The position numbers and the translations under genes are program-made. Below, one piece after another: positions 58,766 to 64,000 of a DNA stretch of 64,000 nucleotides. This stretch comes from Coriobacteriia bacterium. GTDB lineage: Bacteria > Actinomycetota > Coriobacteriia > Anaerosomatales > PALSA-660. The notes beneath the pieces are model-generated. The model was given only the letters and a program-made list of their open reading frames with translations, was not told the DNA's origin and made no database searches. The stretch lies in NCBI GenBank assembly GCA_036508875.1, contig DATCGP010000012.1:2162-66161 (forward strand), in the 5' to 3' direction. Positions within the stretch are counted from its first letter, which is position 1. Every line of letters starts with the position of its first letter.

Positions 58766-58864
58766 GTCCGCCACCCCCGGAGTAGGACGCTCTTCTCATG
58801 CCTGTCGGTTCAGATGATCCGTCCCTTTGTCATCCGTCGTTCCTTCAGGTACTCTCTTACCCGA

Positions 58865-60516
<1,652 letters not shown>

Positions 60517-60533
<17 letters not shown>

Positions 60534-61809
60534 AGGCGGGCGGGTCGTCGACCCGCAGGTCGGGCTCGATAGCGTCTGTGACGTGCTCATCCGTGACGGC
60601 GTGATCGTCGAGGTCGGCGTCGGCCTGACCATGGCGAAGGGTGAGGAGGTCGACTGTTCGGGAATGGTGGTGCTGCCCGGGCTCGTCGATGTCCACACGC
60701 ACCTTCGTGAACCGGGACGCGAGGACGAAGAGACCGTCGTCAGCGGCACGCGGGCGGCGGCGGCAGGCGGGTTCACCGCCGTGTGTGCCATGCCTAACAC
60801 CGAGCCGGTCGCTGACGAAGGCGCCGCGGTGAGGTTCCTGATCGAGAAGGCCGAGACGGAGGGCGCGGTGCGCGTCTACCCGATCGGTGCGATCACCGCC
60901 AAGCAGGAGGGCCGCGCGCTGGCCGAGATCGGCGACATGGCGGGCGAGGGCGCGGTCGCGTTCTCGGATGACGGACACGGCGTCGCCGACGCGGGCATGA
61001 TGCGCCTGGCCATGGACTACATCAAGCGGTTCGACCTGCCGGTGGTCAGCCACTGCGAGGACGTGACGCTGGCCGGGCGTGGAGTGGTGAACGAGGGTGT
61101 CGTCTCCACCCGGCTCGGACTCCCGGGCTGGCCTGCAGCCGCCGAGGAGGTCCAGGTAGCGCGCGACATCCGGCTCGCCGAGCTGACCGGTTGTCGCTTG
61201 CATCTGGCGCACCTCTCCACCGCGGGCAGTGTCGCGCTCGTCCGCGACGCGAAGGCGCGCGGGCTCGCGGTGACGTGCGAGGTGACTCCGCACCATCTCT
61301 TCCTGACCGAGGACGACATCAGCGATCTGTACGACACGAACATGAAGATGAACCCGCCGCTGCGCACCGCCGAGGACGCCGCGGCGCTGCTGGCCGGGCT
61401 TCTGGACGGCACCGTCGACTGCATCGCCACCGATCACGCCCCGCATGCGGCCCACGAGAAGGCGCTCGAGTTCGAGCTCGCCCCGTTCGGCACGACCGGG
61501 CTCGAGACCGCCCTCGCGTTGGTCGCCACGCGCATCGTGGCCGCCGGGGCCGCGGACTGGTCCCAAGTCGCCGACTGGATGGCGCACGGCCCCCGTGCGG
61601 TTCTCGGGCTTCCCGAGGTACGCATCGAGGCGGCCGGGGTCGCGGACCTCACGATCGTCGATCCGGCCAAGGAATGGGTGGTGGCCTCCGACGGGTTCGT
61701 GTCGAAGAGTCGCAACTCGGCGTTCCTTGGGGCGAAGCTCGCGGGACGCGCGCGAGATGTGCTGATCGGCGGGTATTTCGCGCTCCAAGACGGTAAGGTG
61801 GTCGTGTGA
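60517..61809 (+). CDS. pyrC: Dihydroorotase
   Basis: PGLVDVHTHLREPG (HxH), FSDDG, HLAHLST, TDHAPH. GTG 60517 follows RBS GGAGGTG (ORF-track TTG 60502 is the alternative). Confidence 0.94.
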
Positions 61810-63158
61810 CGGCAACGCGCGCCGGCGCACGCGTGGGCGCGCTCGAGGAGGAGCCGGTGGGGACACGGGCACGGGCGTTACTGGCCCTTGAAGACGGGAC
61901 CGTCTTCGAAGGTTGGTCGTGCGGCGCGGAAGGCGAGGCGTTCGGCGAGGCGGTCTTCAACACCTCTCTCACCGGATACCAGGAGGTGCTGACCGACCCG
62001 AGCTACGCAGGCCAGATCGTCACCATGACGATGCCCCACATCGGCAACTACGGCGTCAACGGCGCCGACATGGAGTCGCGGGGATCGTTCGCCAGCGGCT
62101 TCGTCGTGCGGAGCATGAGCCGGATCACGTCGTCATGGCGCTCCGAGATGTCGGTCTCGGAGTTCCTGCGCAAGCAGGGAGTGGTGGCGATCGAAGGCGT
62201 CGACACGCGCCGCCTCACCCGGCACGTCCGTGAGCAGGGCGCGATGCGCGCCGTGATCTCCACGCAGGACCTCGACGTCGCGTCTCTCGTAGGAAAGGCG
62301 CAGGCGTCGCTGGGGCTCGTAGGGCGCGACCTGGTGCGCGAGGTGGCGGTCACGACGGCGTTCGAGTGGGGGAGCGAGGACCCGACCGGGTGCATGCCGC
62401 TGGATACGGGCGTGTTGCCGGTCAAGCCCGCGTACCGCGTGGTCGCCTTCGACTCCGGGATCAAGTTCAACATCCTGCGGCGGCTGGCGGAAGCAGGCTG
62501 CTCGGTGCTCGTCGTACCGCCCACCACGACGGCTTCGCAGGTCCTCGAGCTCGGCTGCGACGGCGTGTTCCTGGCGAACGGTCCGGGCGACCCGGCCGCA
62601 GTCGACTACCTGTATGGCACCGTCCGCGACCTGCTCGGTGTCCTTCCGACCTTCGGGATCTGCCTCGGCCACCAGATGCTGTCACTGGCTCTCGGTGGGC
62701 GGACGTTCAAACTCCGCTACGGCCATCGCGGCGGCAACCAGCCGGTGATGAACCTGCTCACGGGCCAGGTGGAGATCACCAGCCAGAACCACGGTTTCTG
62801 CGTCGACTTCGCGTCGGTCGGGCCGCTGGACGTCGAGGCGTCCGGTGGCCTCGCGCTGGACCCGGCGGACCTCGGCGCATGGGTGCGCGCCGGCGTCGCG
62901 CCGGTGGTGACGAGCGCCGGGCACGGTCGCGTCCAGCTGACGCACATCAACCTCAACGACATGACCGTGGAGGGCGTGCGCTGTCTGGACCGCCATGCGT
63001 TCTCGGTGCAGTACCACCCGGAGGGCGCACCCGGCCCTCACGACTCGAGATACCTGTTCGGCGCTTTCACCGCGCTCATGGACGGGCGCGACGACTACCT
63101 GTCGGTGTCGGACCCGCGGTTCGCGGGAGCTCGTGGACGTGACGAGGAGGGGGAGTAG
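61806..63158 (+). CDS. carA: Carbamoyl-phosphate synthase small (glutaminase) subunit
   Basis: ALLALEDGTVFEG, FGICLGHQ (Cys), QYHPEGAPGPHD. Start is either GTG 61806 (GTGA overlap with pyrC) or GTG 61857 behind a strong GAGGAGGAG RBS. Confidence 0.93.
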   Translation: MTATRAGARVGALEEEPVGTRARALLALEDGTVFEGWSCGAEGEAFGEAVFNTSLTGYQEVLTDPSYAGQIVTMTMPHIGNYGVNGADMESRGSFASGFVVRSMSRITSSWRSEMSVSEFLRKQGVVAIEGVDTRRLTRHVREQGAMRAVISTQDLDVASLVGKAQASLGLVGRDLVREVAVTTAFEWGSEDPTGCMPLDTGVLPVKPAYRVVAFDSGIKFNILRRLAEAGCSVLVVPPTTTASQVLELGCDGVFLANGPGDPAAVDYLYGTVRDLLGVLPTFGICLGHQMLSLALGGRTFKLRYGHRGGNQPVMNLLTGQVEITSQNHGFCVDFASVGPLDVEASGGLALDPADLGAWVRAGVAPVVTSAGHGRVQLTHINLNDMTVEGVRCLDRHAFSVQYHPEGAPGPHDSRYLFGAFTALMDGRDDYLSVSDPRFAGARGRDEEGE

Positions 63159-63163
63159 CAGGC

Positions 63164-63991
63164 ATGTTGAGCACCGTGCTGGTTCCGACCGATCTCAGTG
63201 CCTCTCAGGAAGGCGTGATGCGCTTCGTCTCGGGCCTTCCGGCGATCGGGGTGCGCCGCGTGGTCTGCTGCCACGTCGTCGACCCCACAGGGCTGGAGGG
63301 ACCGGTCATCGTCAAGAAGGTGGACACCGCCCGGGCGACCCTGCAGCGCGTCGCCGCCCCTCTCCGCGAGGCGGGCCTCGAAGTCGACCTGCGGGTGGCG
63401 ACCGGTGACCCGCATCGGGAGTTGTTGATGATCGCCTCCGAGGAGCACGTCGAGGCGATCGTCGCCGGTTCGAGCGGGAAGGGACCGGCCGACCGGATGT
63501 TCGTGGGCTCGGTCTCGGAGCGACTTGCCCGCGACGCTGGGATCCCGTCGTTGACGTTGCGCTTCGACATGCTCCGAGCCGCGGAGGACCCGGCGGACCT
63601 GGCCCGTCGTTTCGCGCGGATGCTGCTCGTGCCGACCGACTTCTCGGCCACCGCGGCGAGGGCTCTCAACGTCGCGCTGTCGTTCCCGAAGCACGCGGTG
63701 GGAGCGATGCGGATCCTGAACGTGATCCGCGGACCGGGAGAGCCCGAGGACGATACCGACGTGCAGCTGCGCAAGTTGGCTGAGATCGCAAAGGAGCGCG
63801 GCGTTCACGCGACGCCGGTCGTGGGGCACGGCGCACCCGAGAGGGCGATCCTGGCGGAGATCGACACGTCGGGGATCACGGGCGTGGTCATCGGCACACG
63901 CGGTCGCTCCCCGCTGCAAGAGGCGCTACTGGGTTCCGTCTCGATGACACTGATCCGGCAGGCGTCCGTTCCCGTGCTGGTGGTCCCGTAG
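63164..63991 (+). CDS. Tandem universal stress protein (2 x UspA domains)
   Basis: TVLVPTDLS... and MLLVPTDFS... repeat starts. GSSGKG and GTRGRSPLQEALLGSVS ATP-binding-type motifs. Confidence 0.85.
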   Translation: MLSTVLVPTDLSASQEGVMRFVSGLPAIGVRRVVCCHVVDPTGLEGPVIVKKVDTARATLQRVAAPLREAGLEVDLRVATGDPHRELLMIASEEHVEAIVAGSSGKGPADRMFVGSVSERLARDAGIPSLTLRFDMLRAAEDPADLARRFARMLLVPTDFSATAARALNVALSFPKHAVGAMRILNVIRGPGEPEDDTDVQLRKLAEIAKERGVHATPVVGHGAPERAILAEIDTSGITGVVIGTRGRSPLQEALLGSVSMTLIRQASVPVLVVP

Positions 63992-64000
63992 CGCGTCACT

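Overview
This is a high-GC (about 67%) core chromosomal segment that is almost fully coding. The lineage is probably a deep-branching Actinomycetota-like Gram-positive: there is no ftsA, SepF and DivIVA are present, and the order tlyA-nadK-recN...pyrG...xerD is actinobacterial. Gene content in order: (i) a PycB-like carboxyltransferase-BCCP fusion, biotin carboxylase, asp23, nusB, xseB, dxs, tlyA, nadK and recN. (ii) An inverted murJ, an unknown polytopic membrane protein, pyrG, an M20 peptidase, ald and xerD. (iii) A BMP-family ABC importer, then a minus-strand DUF4349 module with small membrane proteins. (iv) A complete dcw cluster, mraZ-rsmH-ftsL-ftsI-murEF-mraY-murD-ftsW-murGCB-ftsQ-(L,D-transpeptidase)-ftsZ-pgeF. 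This is followed by an embedded pstSCAB-phoU operon, then yggS-sepF-proC-yggT-divIVA-yggU. (v) A T-box leader with ileS, then a dksA-like gene, lspA and rluD, an OmpR/HK two-component pair with a convergent GerMN-Gmad2 lipoprotein, and a PyrR attenuator with pyrR-pyrB-pyrC-carA and a tandem USP. I found no tRNA or rRNA genes, CRISPR arrays, IS or prophage genes, or recognisable defence or toxin modules. I cannot support a clearly novel system. The most unusual items are synteny insertions into the division cluster (ldt, pst), an apparent frame switch in the ldt signal peptide, an orphan extended xseB, a degenerate MraY/WecA-like membrane protein next to murJ, and the DUF4349 small-membrane-protein module. 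All functional calls come from motif recognition by eye, not from database searches.
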